Program-made: the position numbers and the translations under genes
Notes under the pieces: model-generated
Database searches by the model: none
Told to the model about the DNA's origin: nothing
Seen by the model: the letters and a program-made list of their open reading frames with translations, nothing else
Source of the DNA: Haliotis cracherodii
Lineage: Eukaryota
Assembly (NCBI RefSeq): GCF_022045235.1
Contig: NW_027266266.1
Location: 1,550,001 to 1,614,000, forward strand
Direction of reading: 5' to 3'
Length of the DNA stretch: 64,000 bases
Shown here: positions 51,171 to 63,273 of the stretch, piece by piece
Layout of the letters: each line of letters starts with the position of its first letter
Numbering within the stretch: the first letter of the stretch is position 1

Positions 51171-53193
51171 TATACAACAAACATGATCATACCGTTTAAG
51201 TGTTCCCGGATAACCTTCCTATCATGTAACCACACAGTGGGAACTACCGACACCACTCCATCATAAAACCGGTATGTCATGAGTAGCGTCTTGGGTAGTC
51301 CATCAACGGGCCAGGATCTAGTGGTGGTAGGTTTCTCTGGCCTGTGAGCACGATGTTTGTGACTGTGGGTTGAGCCCGACTGGTAAACGTACGACCTGCG
51401 TCCGTTTGGGTTTTCCTTCAGACGCAAGTGTTCAAAGTGAGAATTAACTCCAAAACTCAATCAATTCAGTGGCTTTAAGGATGTAACCTAACACTTGACC
51501 AAATGTATAAAATACAATATAATACAAAGAAAACACTACATTACAATTCAGTAAACAAACAATGTAAACAGCGATTCTATAAGATGCACTCCACGGCCCA
51601 CAAAGCACTTGAAGCATTACTTTGTTATTTAGCATGGACTTTCGACCGTCGTAGCGCAACGAACTCTGCTACGAATAATCTGAAAATCAGAAATATGGCC
51701 TATTCAATCTCAAACAAGAAACAAATAATTAGCACATTGGTTACAGGCTAAACAGGCAACTGTTTCTCAGGTATCGGAGCGTCTTGATAATGCTTTGAAA
51801 CGTTTGGCCAAACCAGAAACAGATTCCAATCAATCAAACAAAGACCGCTTGTTCTTGAACTTGAAATTTCACACAAAATTTCAAATTTCAGAAACCACCA
51901 ACAGTTTCTTTTTCCTTTACAAACACCATTTCATCCAAATTGTTCAATTATAGGAACGTGCTGCATGACGTTGATTTGGCAACTCATGTTGTAAATTCCA
52001 CTCCGTTGGGGCTGCCAAAACTCACCATATTGTTACCAACCTGCTGGCCATACAATCACAGCTGACTTCTCTATTGATGACTTCCCTTGAATTCCCTTTA
52101 TGAGTCATTTTCAAAAGATGTCACTTTTTTTGTCCAAACCCATTAGAGTATTAAAAATATATATCTTTACATTACAATTTTTTCAGACTATCACATGGAA
52201 AGTAATTCACATGACCGAACGGTTATTTGCAATCATTGGGTCATATGTGAATTTGATGCGGTTTAAAAGGGTAGAAAATGCAATTTTGTCTGTTCCAGCG
52301 CATTGAGCTTCAGATTTGAGAAACTGCCATTTGATAAATATTGGAATGTATACTATATTTTTATGGTTATTTTATACAAACTAGACACATTTAGTATTTT
52401 CAGTGTGTTATTTCAATCCACTTTATATAATTTCTAAACAAAAATGATATTTAACATCGTCCTTAGATTTTTTTGTCTTTCCTGTATCACTTAATAAAAC
52501 ATTGGAATGGTCCCCAATGCAAGGATATCAGCACTTCCTGTCATGCCCCGTACCATTTCCTACAGAAGAGGGGTGCCATGTGTCATGTGCACCAGAAGAC
52601 AAATAAGCAACAAAAGTTAACAAAAAAGGTAAGAAATTAATTATTGTCATATCATGTCTTTCCCATAATGCAATGATTCAATGGAACAGATGCAAAATAG
52701 TTATTTCAAGTTCCAAGTTTATGCGCCAATTCATGAACAGAAACGTGTGTGAACATTCAACTTCATAAAGGGACCATTAATTAGTCAATATATTTTTTTT
52801 ATCTATTGATTTGTCTTTCCTGTAACCGTCTTTCCTCTAACACTAAATGTATTACAGCTAAGACAGATTTTGTTAAAGTAAGGACTTTCTTCACTTAATA
52901 TGCTATAAAGAAACAAAGTAATTACTCTGTTCTTTTTCAATGTTCCAAATAATTATTTCAATTCAGTAATTTGTAGGATAAACTTGTATTTCATTATGCA
53001 AAATTATTGAAACACTTATTTGTTATAAGAAATGTGTTACAGTAAAGACAGCCTTGCTACGGTAATGACATTCTACATTTACTAAAGTCAATTAAAAACA
53101 AAGTAATTACTCTCTGCTATGACTGATGATATATTCTACTTAAGGGATCAATGATATTTTAGTTACTTGTTCCTAAGTTTGCTAAAATAAGTG

Positions 53194-53326
53194 GGCGGTC
53201 GGGTAGCCTAGTGGTTAAAGCGTACGCTGAAGACCCGGGCTCGATTCCCGACATGGGTACAATGTGTGACCTTGATATTGCTGGAATATTGCTAAAAGCG
53301 GCGTAAAACCATACTCAATCACTCAC
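53194..53326 (+). mobile_element. tRNA-derived SINE family B (internally deleted)
   Basis: A and B boxes, tail gctggaatattgctaaaagcggcgtaaaac(cact)n, perfect 14-bp TSD tgctaaaataagtg. Confidence 0.88.
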
Positions 53327-53792
53327 TGCTAAAATAAGTGTTTGTGATTTTTTAGTTACTATGTTACCGTTTTTACAGGAAAGACTAACTATACGTTTAA
53401 TATAGAATCATGGCAGTGATCATGAAGTACCATTACTTGAGGGTATTTTCTATTTTGAAAGGTCAAACAAGATGTAAAAAACACTTCTTCACTGCACTTA
53501 ACTGATGTCTGAAAACCATATTTTCCAACTTCACTCGATGAGATATACATCGTATTTAAAAAAAGCATGAAACAGTCTCTTTGTCTTATATAAAGATACG
53601 TGTGAAGCTGATGGTCAGAAACTGAATTCTTACAATGAAGAGCACCGTGCTGTTTGACGTTATCTTTTTTACACACTGCCGTTCTTGGACAATCGCCACT
53701 AATCCCCGCTAGCGCCAGTTAATTAACACGAATAAATTACCTATGTGTATCCACGAACATTTAGAAAGTGGTCAACTGTAGCAAATGTCTTT

Positions 53793-54022
53793 TTTGGGAT
53801 AACACTTTCTTAGTAAAGTACAGATTCTCTTACTTTTGCGGGTTGAGTCCCGTCTGGGATTCGAACCCACACTGCCAGAGTCAAGCACCTAATCGCCAGC
53901 ACACAAAGTCAGCGATCTAACCAACTCAGCCACAGAGGCTTCTACAAAAATGGAAGTCCGGACGGGGCTCAACCCATAAAAGTACGAGAATCTGTACTTT
54001 ACAAAGAAAATGTTATCCCAAA
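53793..54022 (-). mobile_element. Fold-back element: 65-bp inverted repeats enclosing a tRNA-like Pol III cassette
   Basis: 53793-53857 is the near reverse complement of 53958-54022. Inside, the minus strand has tggctgagttggttag (A box) and ggttcgaatccc (B box). Confidence 0.7.
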
Positions 54023-54276
54023 TATAATATTTGTTCTTTGTGTATCCAGTGACATTCTAGCAGATGCACTCGGTGACCTCTCAGATGGATGTTTGAAGCC
54101 AAACTGAAATTCGCTAACTGTTGCGTATGCACAGTTGCCTAGTCCACGGCAGACATGTGATCAGGCAGGGTAAAAACAGATACATTACAATACATTTTTA
54201 CTGTTAAATTAGTGTTTCCTCCGTTATAACAAGGCATTCCTGTATTAAAAACACTCCAACGCTTCCCAAATTAGGC

Positions 54277-54913
54277 CAGCGATATGTAGTTTTGTTGCTT
54301 ACTTTTAATGGGGAATAAGATACTTGAAACTATATTTTCAGATCCATGGCATCGCTGACTTCCGTTGTGCTTTGGTCAACTGACGATGTAACCTTGACAG
54401 GAGGACGCTGTGGTACTGGCCAGTAGCCACATCAGCTCGAGCGTTACCATCATGGCTGTGTAACCAACACAAACAGTGAGTGAGTATGGTTTTACGCCGC
54501 TTTTAGCAATATTCCAGCAATATCACGGCGGGGGACACCAGAAATGGGCTTCACACATTGTACCCATGTCGGGAATCCAACCCGGGTCTTCGGCGTGACG
54601 AGCGAACGCTTTAACCACTAGGCTACCCGACCGCCCCCCAACAGAAACAGACGCTGTCATGTTGGCCAGTAGCTACATCAGCTCAAGTGTTACCATCGTG
54701 GCTGGGTAACCAACACAAGCAGACGCTGTCATATTGGCCAGTAGACACATCAGTTCGAGTGTTACCATCATAGCTGGGTAACCAACACACGCAGACGCTG
54801 CTATATTTGCCAGCAGACACATCAGCTCGAGTGATACCATCATGGCTGGGTAACCAACACAAGCAAACGCTGTGGTATTTGCCAGTAGCAACATCATCAT
54901 GGCATTCCAAAAT
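54277..54913 (-). repeat. Left arm of a long inverted repeat (contains 72-bp tandem units and a SINE insertion)
   Basis: Reverse complement aligns with 60432-61326, including non-tandem flanks at both ends. Confidence 0.9.
54477..54637 (-). mobile_element. tRNA-derived SINE family B, full-length
   Basis: A box tagcctagtgg, B box ggttggattcc, (tcac)n tail, 13-bp TSD ccaaca(c/g)aaacag. Confidence 0.9.
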
Positions 54914-55526
54914 GCCATCGAGTTATCAGTGAGAAAGTCCAGCATTTCACACATTCATTGTTTTCTCAGTAAACTTCAGATGACATTTGCTTTCAATATA
55001 GACAAATTGCCTTGAACTTTAGAAGATAGACATGTGACTATATCTATGGTCACCACGTTTTGTAACAGTACCCTGATGGATCAGGGAATGGCATAATTCC
55101 TTAATTTATTCATGTCAGAAAGTGGTGTACAAAGTTTAAAAATCAAATGTTTTTACATGATTGGACCTGGTTCTTTTCTGAGATTGCAATAAATCAAGCA
55201 AATCCTTTTAGATGCCTTATCAGTGGGACAACTACAAACTTCTTATTTAGGGCAGTCCGGCTTTGGCGACAGCTGCTTGGGGCAGGGTGGGTTTATTCCA
55301 TTTCTGTTCCTTCTTTTTCAGTTTGTTTATTCTACCAATGACATCATCACAAACGAACTTAATCCACTCTGAAAGACATTCAACAGGTTCTTCTTCTCTT
55401 TTGGCCCATTATTTGGCATATGCTTCGACAGCATTCATAATGATTTTAAAGCTGTCATCCTAATTGGTAGGAGGCTGCTCATGGTATTTTAGAGGATTGC
55501 TTTTCATCCTTTATTCATATGCACAA

Positions 55527-56324
55527 TCAGTTTAAAAGGAGAGAAAGTAGGGCACCGATCATAACCAGAGAGGTGTAAAACACGCAGATAACAAACACCA
55601 CGTTGTCCAGTTTATCTGCCAGAAGAGGAAAGTCCGTGAACTCCTCCGGGTCTTCTTCCTTTGAGTCGTCACCAGCGTCTGGTGGAGTGGCTGGCTGTAC
55701 AACCTTCTTCCTGCATTTCTTCAGGAGAACGGAAGCAAGGATCCGCGTCAACCTACTGTGTTTGTCTCTCTGACTTAGCCGTTGTGAAACAATGCAGTAT
55801 GCCACGATGGAAGAACTGAACACGAACTGAATGTAGACAATTATGGTCAAGATTGGAATAGCTTTGGACGACTGTGGTAGCAGATCAGTGAGGAGGGTGA
55901 TGAAGATGGTGAAGGACAGGAAGAGGGTGACCGATGTTGACGTCTTCTCGCCACTGTTAGACTTGACCAGGATCACACAAGGATTGGCGGAAGTAACAAT
56001 AAATAGGGGCATTATCAGACTAAAGATATAGTAACCTTGACGACGCTGCAGGATCAGTGTCATACTAACTCCACCCTTGGGTCCGCGTTCGCGAAGGGTT
56101 ACTCTCTTTGCTGAGGCCCTCGACATTGCCCATTCACCAGTGTCGATGACATTCTCGGCAGTGAAGGTGACATCACTGACGTTGACATCCAGCTCCCTGT
56201 GATAGGAGGTGGTCACTGTGATTGAGCAGGTATGGATGTCAAAAGGGAACTTCGTGAGACGCATAGGACAAGGTGTTCTTGTCTCTAGATCAATATACCA
56301 CTCGACCTTGCCGTCAGGAAAAAC
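55527..56324 (-). CDS. Divergent nicotinic acetylcholine receptor-like Cys-loop channel subunit, exon 2
   Basis: Cys-loop CPMRLTKFPFDIHTC, GEW, LQRR pre-M1, M1-M4 hydrophobic segments, GEK before M2. ttgcag acceptor, TGA stop. Confidence 0.93.
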   Translation of the reverse strand, partial: VFPDGKVEWYIDLETRTPCPMRLTKFPFDIHTCSITVTTSYHRELDVNVSDVTFTAENVIDTGEWAMSRASAKRVTLRERGPKGGVSMTLILQRRQGYYIFSLIMPLFIVTSANPCVILVKSNSGEKTSTSVTLFLSFTIFITLLTDLLPQSSKAIPILTIIVYIQFVFSSSIVAYCIVSQRLSQRDKHSRLTRILASVLLKKCRKKVVQPATPPDAGDDSKEEDPEEFTDFPLLADKLDNVVFVICVFYTSLVMIGALLSLLLN

Positions 56325-56478
56325 CTGCAACATATTTGTAAAAGTTGTTTTTACATTTTCTAGAAATTAAAAGATTGAAGTATGATCTAAGGATCTCCGT
56401 TCGTTCGGTCGACATGTCCGCATGGCGAGGCAACGCTTCAACCAGCAGGCTACCCCAACGCCCCTTCTAACGGCCTGT

Positions 56479-56741
56479 ACCCGTGAAGATCTAGGGCAGA
56501 ATAAGTCTTCGGAAATCCATGTTTGCCGCAAAGCGACTATGCTTGTCGGAAGAGGTGACGGACAGGATCGGGTGGTCAGGATCGCTGCCTTTGTTGTTGC
56601 ATGTCATCGTATCTCAGCTGCGTGGATATCGATGGTCCTGGTATCGATCACTGGATTGTCTGGTCCAAACTCGATTATTTTCAGACCACCGTCATATAAC
56701 TAGAATATTGCTGAGTGTGGCGTTAAACAACAAACAAACAA
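56479..56741 (+). mobile_element. SINE-like family A, full-length copy in the receptor intron
   Basis: acccgtgaagatct head, (caaa)n tail, aacggcct direct repeats on both sides. Confidence 0.8.
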
Positions 56742-56770
56742 AATGCAACGGCCTTAAAAGGGCAACATAC

Positions 56771-57163
56771 CTGAATAGCGTTGTCAGCCTCACCGAACGT
56801 GTCCTTAACACTGTGGGTTTTGAGGACTTGAAGTTCTGGGACCCATATTTTGGATCTTGGAAAGTTAATCGTTTTTACATCTGTGTACTTCTTGTCATCC
56901 CACGTCAACCTCTCGTCCGTCCACGTGACCACAAGGTCCAACCACGTGACCAAGATTTCACGGGTTGCGTCCAGGGTGACTATTTTGGACACTGCAATGT
57001 CCGTGTTAACAAATACTGTTTTCGATGAGTCATTGACGGGACGGAGGTTTGGTTGGTAGTCGTTGAGGAGGTTGTTATGGAGGCGTTGCAGGTCGATGTA
57101 GCTGGCGCCGTCACTGACGCTGAACTGGAGAAGTCCCAACAATGTCACCTTCACAAAATCCAT
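56771..57163 (-). CDS. Divergent nAChR-like Cys-loop channel subunit, exon 1
   Basis: Signal peptide MDFVKVTLLGLLQFSVSDG, then RLHNNLLNDYQPNLRPV...WTDERLTWD...KIWVPEL. CAG|gtatgt donor, phase 0; total 396 aa. Confidence 0.92.
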
Positions 57164-58072
57164 TTCGAATGTTTTGTCAAAATCACAATGGGAACGACTT
57201 GTCAGGCATATATAGCGATATGATCTACCGAACAATCTGAAAATCTTTCCTACCTGTGAATACTGTACAAGTAGTGCGTTGAGAATCTGCTGTCGCCAGA
57301 CTGACCAAGATAACAGTGTGATTCCGTCATTTCAGACGGGCGAATGCTTATCATTAAAGCATTAAAGCACGGTTCTAGTACTGTTGACAATCCTCTTGTG
57401 TTTTTATTTCGTGCATGACATTAATGAAAAAGATTTGATTAAGCGTGATTGTATTCGTCCAATAGTGTTTGCAGTTAAAAGATTTCAACATACCTGCTTG
57501 TAATGCAAACAAACGCCAATTCCATCGCCTCGCGATGTAAGTGATGTTTGTGGTGTTTTGTGTGCGACGACTAGTATAAAACACCGCTTTGTGAATGTAT
57601 ATCTGTGTTTGTGATTCATTGGTTGGATCCTGTCATGAGATAAGCGCTGGTATTGACAGGCGGATGCAGTTGAAGCCCTCTAGCATGTGTTCCAGGCAGT
57701 CCCACACTAATGGCATCCGACCCGAGAACTTCAAACATTTTTCGAAAGGAAGATCAGCAGCAACGGTACTTTATTAGTACGCACCACACAAAATATGTAT
57801 AATGTGTTTACAACTTCGGCCTGGAAATAATCGGAACCAACCAGGTACTGATATTATAAGGACGATGGCAATCAACCAACACAATCAACCAAGTCTCAGA
57901 GTTTAATTTGACACCCTATAGTATTTTCATAGTTGTAGGATTGGTATTTATTATGTGTTTGTTGTTTAACGACGCACGTAGCAATATTCAACCTATACAC
58001 GGGCGGTGTGGAAATAACCAAGAACCCAATTTCTGACATTTGTATATTCCCCATCAGTGAATACCGCCATGT

Positions 58073-58386
58073 GTGGCACACAAACAGGTCTTGTGGTTGA
58101 TGACATTGCAGGTTTACGTAACGTGAGGCACACAAACAGGTCTTGTGGTTGATGACATTGCAGGTTTACGTAACGTGTGGCACACAAACAGGTCTTGTGG
58201 TTGATGTCCTGGCAGGTTTACGTAACGTGTGGCACACAAACAGGTCTTGTGGTTGATGACCTGGCAGGTTTACGTAACGTGTGGCACACAAACAGGTCTT
58301 GTGGTTGATGACCTGGTAGGTTTACGTAACTTGTGGCACACAAACAGGTCTTGTGGTTGATGACCTGGCAGGTGTACGTAACGTGT
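58073..58386. repeat. 52-bp minisatellite (6 copies)
   Basis: Unit gtggcacacaaacaggtcttgtggttgatgacctggcaggtttacgtaacgt. Confidence 0.95.
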
Positions 58387-58670
58387 AATAACGTGCTAAA
58401 TTGATGTACACAAAAGGATGCCCACCATTTCAGTATTGATTGATGTGTGATCAGGAATATTTACATACATACAACTAAACAGTAGCAACTGACTTTCCAT
58501 CAATTGTGCATATTCACATGGGTATGATTTCTGAAGCCAATTTTCTTGGTCCCCCGCCGTGATATTGCCTGAATGATTCTATATACACTCACTTAAATAT
58601 TACTGCTTATTTATAGATGCATATGGAAATGCCAGTTCCAACTACGAAAAGCTTATATCCTGGCTTAATA

Positions 58671-59990
58671 TACTGAACCAAATTAAAAACTTCACAATCC
58701 TAAAATTTTAACATTTTTACCAGTTATCATTGTGGGCCCTTATTGTGTCTTTAAACAGTAATGGCCACGTATTGTCTTCAGATAACACCCGTTTTTGTGC
58801 AGGTGAATCGATCAAAATCATGTGCACAGCACCATAGTGGGAAAAGTGGTTTTTCACGTGCAACTGGTCACGTGACAATAATACCGCACGTGTTTTCAAC
58901 CATACTTGTTAGCAGTCATTAACAAAAAAAAGAAAAACACAAGAAAACAAACGTTTTTGGGGTCATTGGTCATGACACGCCTTTCAAATGTGCAACGTGC
59001 CATCGGCATGTAACAGACGGGAACGTCCGTAGCTGAAGTCGCAAGGACGATGGGTTGCAGTCGACGGACTGTTTATGATTTACAGACGCGTTTACAGCAA
59101 ACGGCTATCATGGCTGATCGCCATCGGCCAGGTTGACCACGTGTGACGTCACAGGCAGAGGATCGTCAGATTGTCTTACGTCACCTCCGTAACCCATTTT
59201 TGACGGCTACATCAACCAGAAATGAACTGTTTAGGGGTAGACCGAGTGCGCAAACTGTTCGAAACCGTCTGAACACTGCTCACCTTCAAGCACGACGGCC
59301 ATACTGCGGGCCGATTCTGACTCAATTACACAGACGTCAGCGTCAATTGTGGGCACAGTGACACTGACGGTGGACTTGGAGGAATTGGAATCAAGTCGTC
59401 TTCAGTGATGAATCCCGATTTAATCTTCGATTTACTGATGGTAGGGCGAGGGTGTGGAGGCGCCGTCATGAACGTTACGCCCAGTGTTGTGTACAGGACG
59501 TTGACAGATTTCGAGGCGGAAATGTCATGGTGTGGGTTGCTTTCTGTGGCAATGCACGTTCCAGGCTTCTTGTCATCCGTGCCAACCTCAACGGTGCTGC
59601 TTACCACGACCAGGTACTGGCACCAGAACTTCTGCCCCTTATGGGAGCACATGGACCCGGTTTGATCTTCGAACACGATAATGCCAGACCCCACACAGCA
59701 ATGTTGACAAGGAATTTCCTTCAGAATGCGGGAGTCAACATCATGGACTGGCCGTCAAGGGCTCCCGACCTCAATCCCATCCAACACGTCTGGGATGCTC
59801 TTGGTAGAAGTCTGCACATGGTGGCCATACACGCTACTGAACTTGTGTGCCATCAGATTCTCGTGCTTGGGACTTAAAATCCTTCTTTGGACATTAATGA
59901 TTAAAAACTAACTTCTCTGATACATTTGTCCGTTGTATATCATATATGGGATTACTTTTAAAAATGTGAAGTTTTTAATATGACTCAGTA
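58671..59990 (+). mobile_element. Tc1-like DNA transposon, both ends intact, non-functional
   Basis: 26-bp TIRs tactga(ac/gt)ca(a/t)attaaaaacttcaca, TA on both sides, transposase inside. Confidence 0.92.
58972..59840 (+). pseudogene. Tc1 DD34E transposase pseudogene
   Basis: HTH region, VFSDESRF, FEHDNARPH, WPSRAPDLNPIQHVW (catalytic E changed to Q), terminal GGHTRY* out of frame after a deletion; four in-frame stops. Confidence 0.92.
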
Positions 59991-60431
59991 TACATTTCCC
60001 GAGGCAAGGCAGTTAACTGACCAGTTTCCACTTTTTTTGCCTCGGGAAGATGGGCTAAACATTTGCCAACATTTACCTGATACATGTCACGTGACAAGAC
60101 TTGTGACAAAACTGAATTGCTGCAAATCATGGTGTTAGCACCCTACAGAGATATCAAACATAAAACATTTGAACCATTTCATATGACTTTTACCTATGGC
60201 TCCCTGTGTATATAATGACTGACTGGCTGCACCATCTAACGGTAACAAAGTGTGGCATGGAATGAGGAGCGAGTAGCACGTCACTCTGTCTGGAACCCTA
60301 CGCAAGCAATAAACTTAATAGATTTGTCTTATATAAAAAAAAACATGTAAGTTAACAGTTTATTATCTTTACTCATGTCACACCCTGAGACAATCAAACA
60401 TGTCTCGTCAAGACCTCCACTCATGTTGGAT

Positions 60432-61326
60432 ATTTTGGAATACCATGATGATGATGCTTCTGGCCAATATGACAGCGTCTGTTTGTGTTGGTTACCCAGC
60501 CTTGATGGTAACACTCGAGCTGATGTGGCTACTGGCCAATACCACAGCGTCTGCGTATGTTGGTTACACAGCCACGATGGTAACGCTCGAGCTGATGTGG
60601 CTACTGGCCAATATGACAGCGTTTGCTTGTGTTGGTTACACAGCCATGATGGTAACGCTCGAGCTGATGTGGCTACTGGCCAATACCACAGCGTCTGCGT
60701 ATGTTGGTTACACAGCCACGATGGTAACGCTCGAGCTGATGTGGCTATTGGCCAATACCACAGCGTCTGCGTATGTTGGTTACACAGCCACGATGGTAAC
60801 GCTCGAGCTGATGTGGCTACTGGCCAATATGACAGCGTTTGCTTGTGTTGGTTACACAGCCATGATGGTAACGCTCGAGCTGATGTGGCTACTGGCCAAT
60901 ACCACAGCGTCTGCGTGTGTTGGTTACACAGCCACGATGGTAACGCTCGAGCTGATGTGGCTACTGGCCATTATGACAGCGTTTGCTTGTGTTGGTTACA
61001 CAGCCATGATGGTAACGCTCGAGCTGATGTGGCTACTGGCCAATACCACAGCGTCTGCGTGTGTTGGTTACACAGCCATGATGGTAACGCTCGAGCTGAT
61101 GTGGTTACTGGCCAATATGACAGCGTCTGCTTGTGTTGGTTACCCAGCCATGATGGAAACACTCGAGGTGATGTGCCTACTGGCCAATACCACAGCGTCC
61201 TCCTGTCAAGGTTACATCGTCAGTTGACCAAAGCACAACGGAGGTCATCGATGTCATGGATCTGAAAATATAGTTTCAAGTATATTATTCTCCATTAAAA
61301 GTAAGCAACAAAACTATATATCGCTG
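60432..61326 (+). repeat. Right arm of the long inverted repeat with ~10 copies of a 72-bp unit
   Basis: Unit ggccaataccacagcgtctgcgtatgttggttacacagccacgatggtaacgctcgagctgatgtggctact. Confidence 0.92.
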
Positions 61327-62020
61327 CAGGAAGGCGAGTCTTACCGTCTGGCTCGATGGCCGGCAGCAGGTAGGCGACTCTTACCGTCTGGCTCGATGTC
61401 CTGCAGCAGGTAGGCAACTCTTACCATCTGGCTCGATGTCCTGCAATAGGTAGGCGACTCTTGCTGTCTGGCTCGATGGCCGGCAGCAGGTAGGCGACTC
61501 TTACCGTCTGGGCTGATGTCCTGCAGCTGGTAGGCGACTCTTACCGTCTGACTCCATGACCTGCAGCAGGTAGGCGACTCTTACCGTCTGACTCCATGAC
61601 CTGCAGCAGGTAGGCGACTCTTACCGTCTGGCTCGATGACCTGCAGAAGGTAGGCGACTCTTACTGTCTGGCTCGATGACCTGCAGAAGGTAGGCGACTC
61701 TTACCGTCTGGCTCGATGACCGACAGCAGGTAGGCGAATCTTTCTGTCTGGCTCGATGACCGGCAGCAAGGAGGCGACTCTTAACGTCTGACTCCATGAC
61801 CTGCTGCAGGTAGGCGACTCTTACCGTCTGGCCCGATTTCCTGCAGCAGGTAGGTGAGTGTTACCGTCTGGCTCGATGTCCTGCAGCAAGGAGGCGACTC
61901 TTACCGTCTGGCTCGATGACCTGTAGCGGGTAGGCGACTCTTACCGTATGGCTCGATGTCCTGCAGCAGGTAGGCGAGTGTAACTGTCTTGGCTGATGTC
62001 CGGCAGCAGGTAGGCGACTG
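61324..62020. repeat. 40-bp minisatellite (~17 copies)
   Basis: Unit cagcaggtaggcgactcttaccgtctggctcgatgtcctg. Confidence 0.95.
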
Positions 62021-63273
62021 CAGGATGTCCTGCATGAACTGGTGTGGCGGATGCTGTTGAGGCTGGTGTTTTGGTCGTTGCCGTAGCTGACAAAACCAGA
62101 TGTAGCGGCCCTGCTCTTCGGTGTTTACAATTTGTCTACAGGACCTGTGAAAGTCACGTGTTATCCTTTGGTGTTAGTAATGAATAAAGATGGTGGTTGG
62201 AAATACGTGAAAAACGATGACGGCCGACAAGGATGTGTTCGTTTTCAAGCGACCGATGGCGTTGTTTCAGTCTGCTTCAAGTATCTGTTTGCTGTTGTGC
62301 AATCTCCCAATCTTTCAGAACAGGTAAACGAAAACTATGCACACAGATGCGTTTGGGTGAATTTCTGCGGTCTGCATTTCGCCCTTGCTGTGTTTTGGCT
62401 ACTGTAACAATCGCGATATGTTTGAACAACCAAACTACAATATATTCTGTACCGTTTGTGTAACTATTTGATATATATAATGGCTTAATTCATATTGCGT
62501 TTCTTTTTTGTTGAGTATATACAAGAGAAATCTATACATGTACACATGTAAATAAATAACATACGTTGTCTCTAAGGACAAAACACATAATTCGCCAACA
62601 CGAACGGCCACGAACACACAGGGAATCGTACGGCTCTTCAATTAACCGCCACATTTACATTTATGGGCAGATAGTCTTCGAAATAAGTTTTGATGCCATT
62701 TTTTTGTTGACATTCAAGGTGGCACTTTTGAAAAAAGGTACACAACATCTCAGCTTCACTCATGCATTCGACCTGGTAATATTTTCTTTCGATACATGGA
62801 ATTTTGCCACATTGTGGAATTTGATGATTATCAGTATGGAAAACAGATTTAAGATACTAGGCCCTGAACACATTTTTAATAAATCAGATCATCCCAAATG
62901 TTTAAATAAACATGGAGTAACTGGGGTATGTAATCATCAGTTTTCTTTTTATTCATCTTTTCAGTCATCATGTGGCATCTCTGAAGGCGACAGATAACTA
63001 TACAGAATATGTTTCCCACAACGCGATCAACCATGTCTTACCCCTAGTGACTTTGATGATCATCAGAGGAGGAAAAGGATTATATATATATATATATTAT
63101 TATTTCTTCTAAGAGGGTCATGTGTATATTGTGACCTGGATGTTGTTTTTGTTGTAAATATTTTAGCAAGTAGAGCTGTCAAGTGCGTTAATGAATCACT
63201 ATCCAATAGTAATGGTACCAGGTGTTCGCGTGAAGGTGAACGCATCCTGCTCCACGGATTGCACCCGTCACAA

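Noticed and set aside
51170-51460. 96-aa minus-strand ORF with coding-like composition
   Set aside because: No recognisable domain or partner exons.
52470-53390. Scattered gtctttcctgta/tacaggaaagac inverted motifs
   Set aside because: Probably a decayed DNA transposon, but ends and TSD could not be defined.
54477-54637. Functional tRNA gene
   Set aside because: The tRNA-like part lacks a proper acceptor stem and continues into a SINE body, tail and TSD.
60375-61265. 296-aa Cys/His-rich 24-residue repeat ORF that looks like a metal-binding protein
   Set aside because: Two frames are open, the unit is a 72-bp minisatellite, and the inverted sister copy is broken by a SINE; no evidence of coding constraint.
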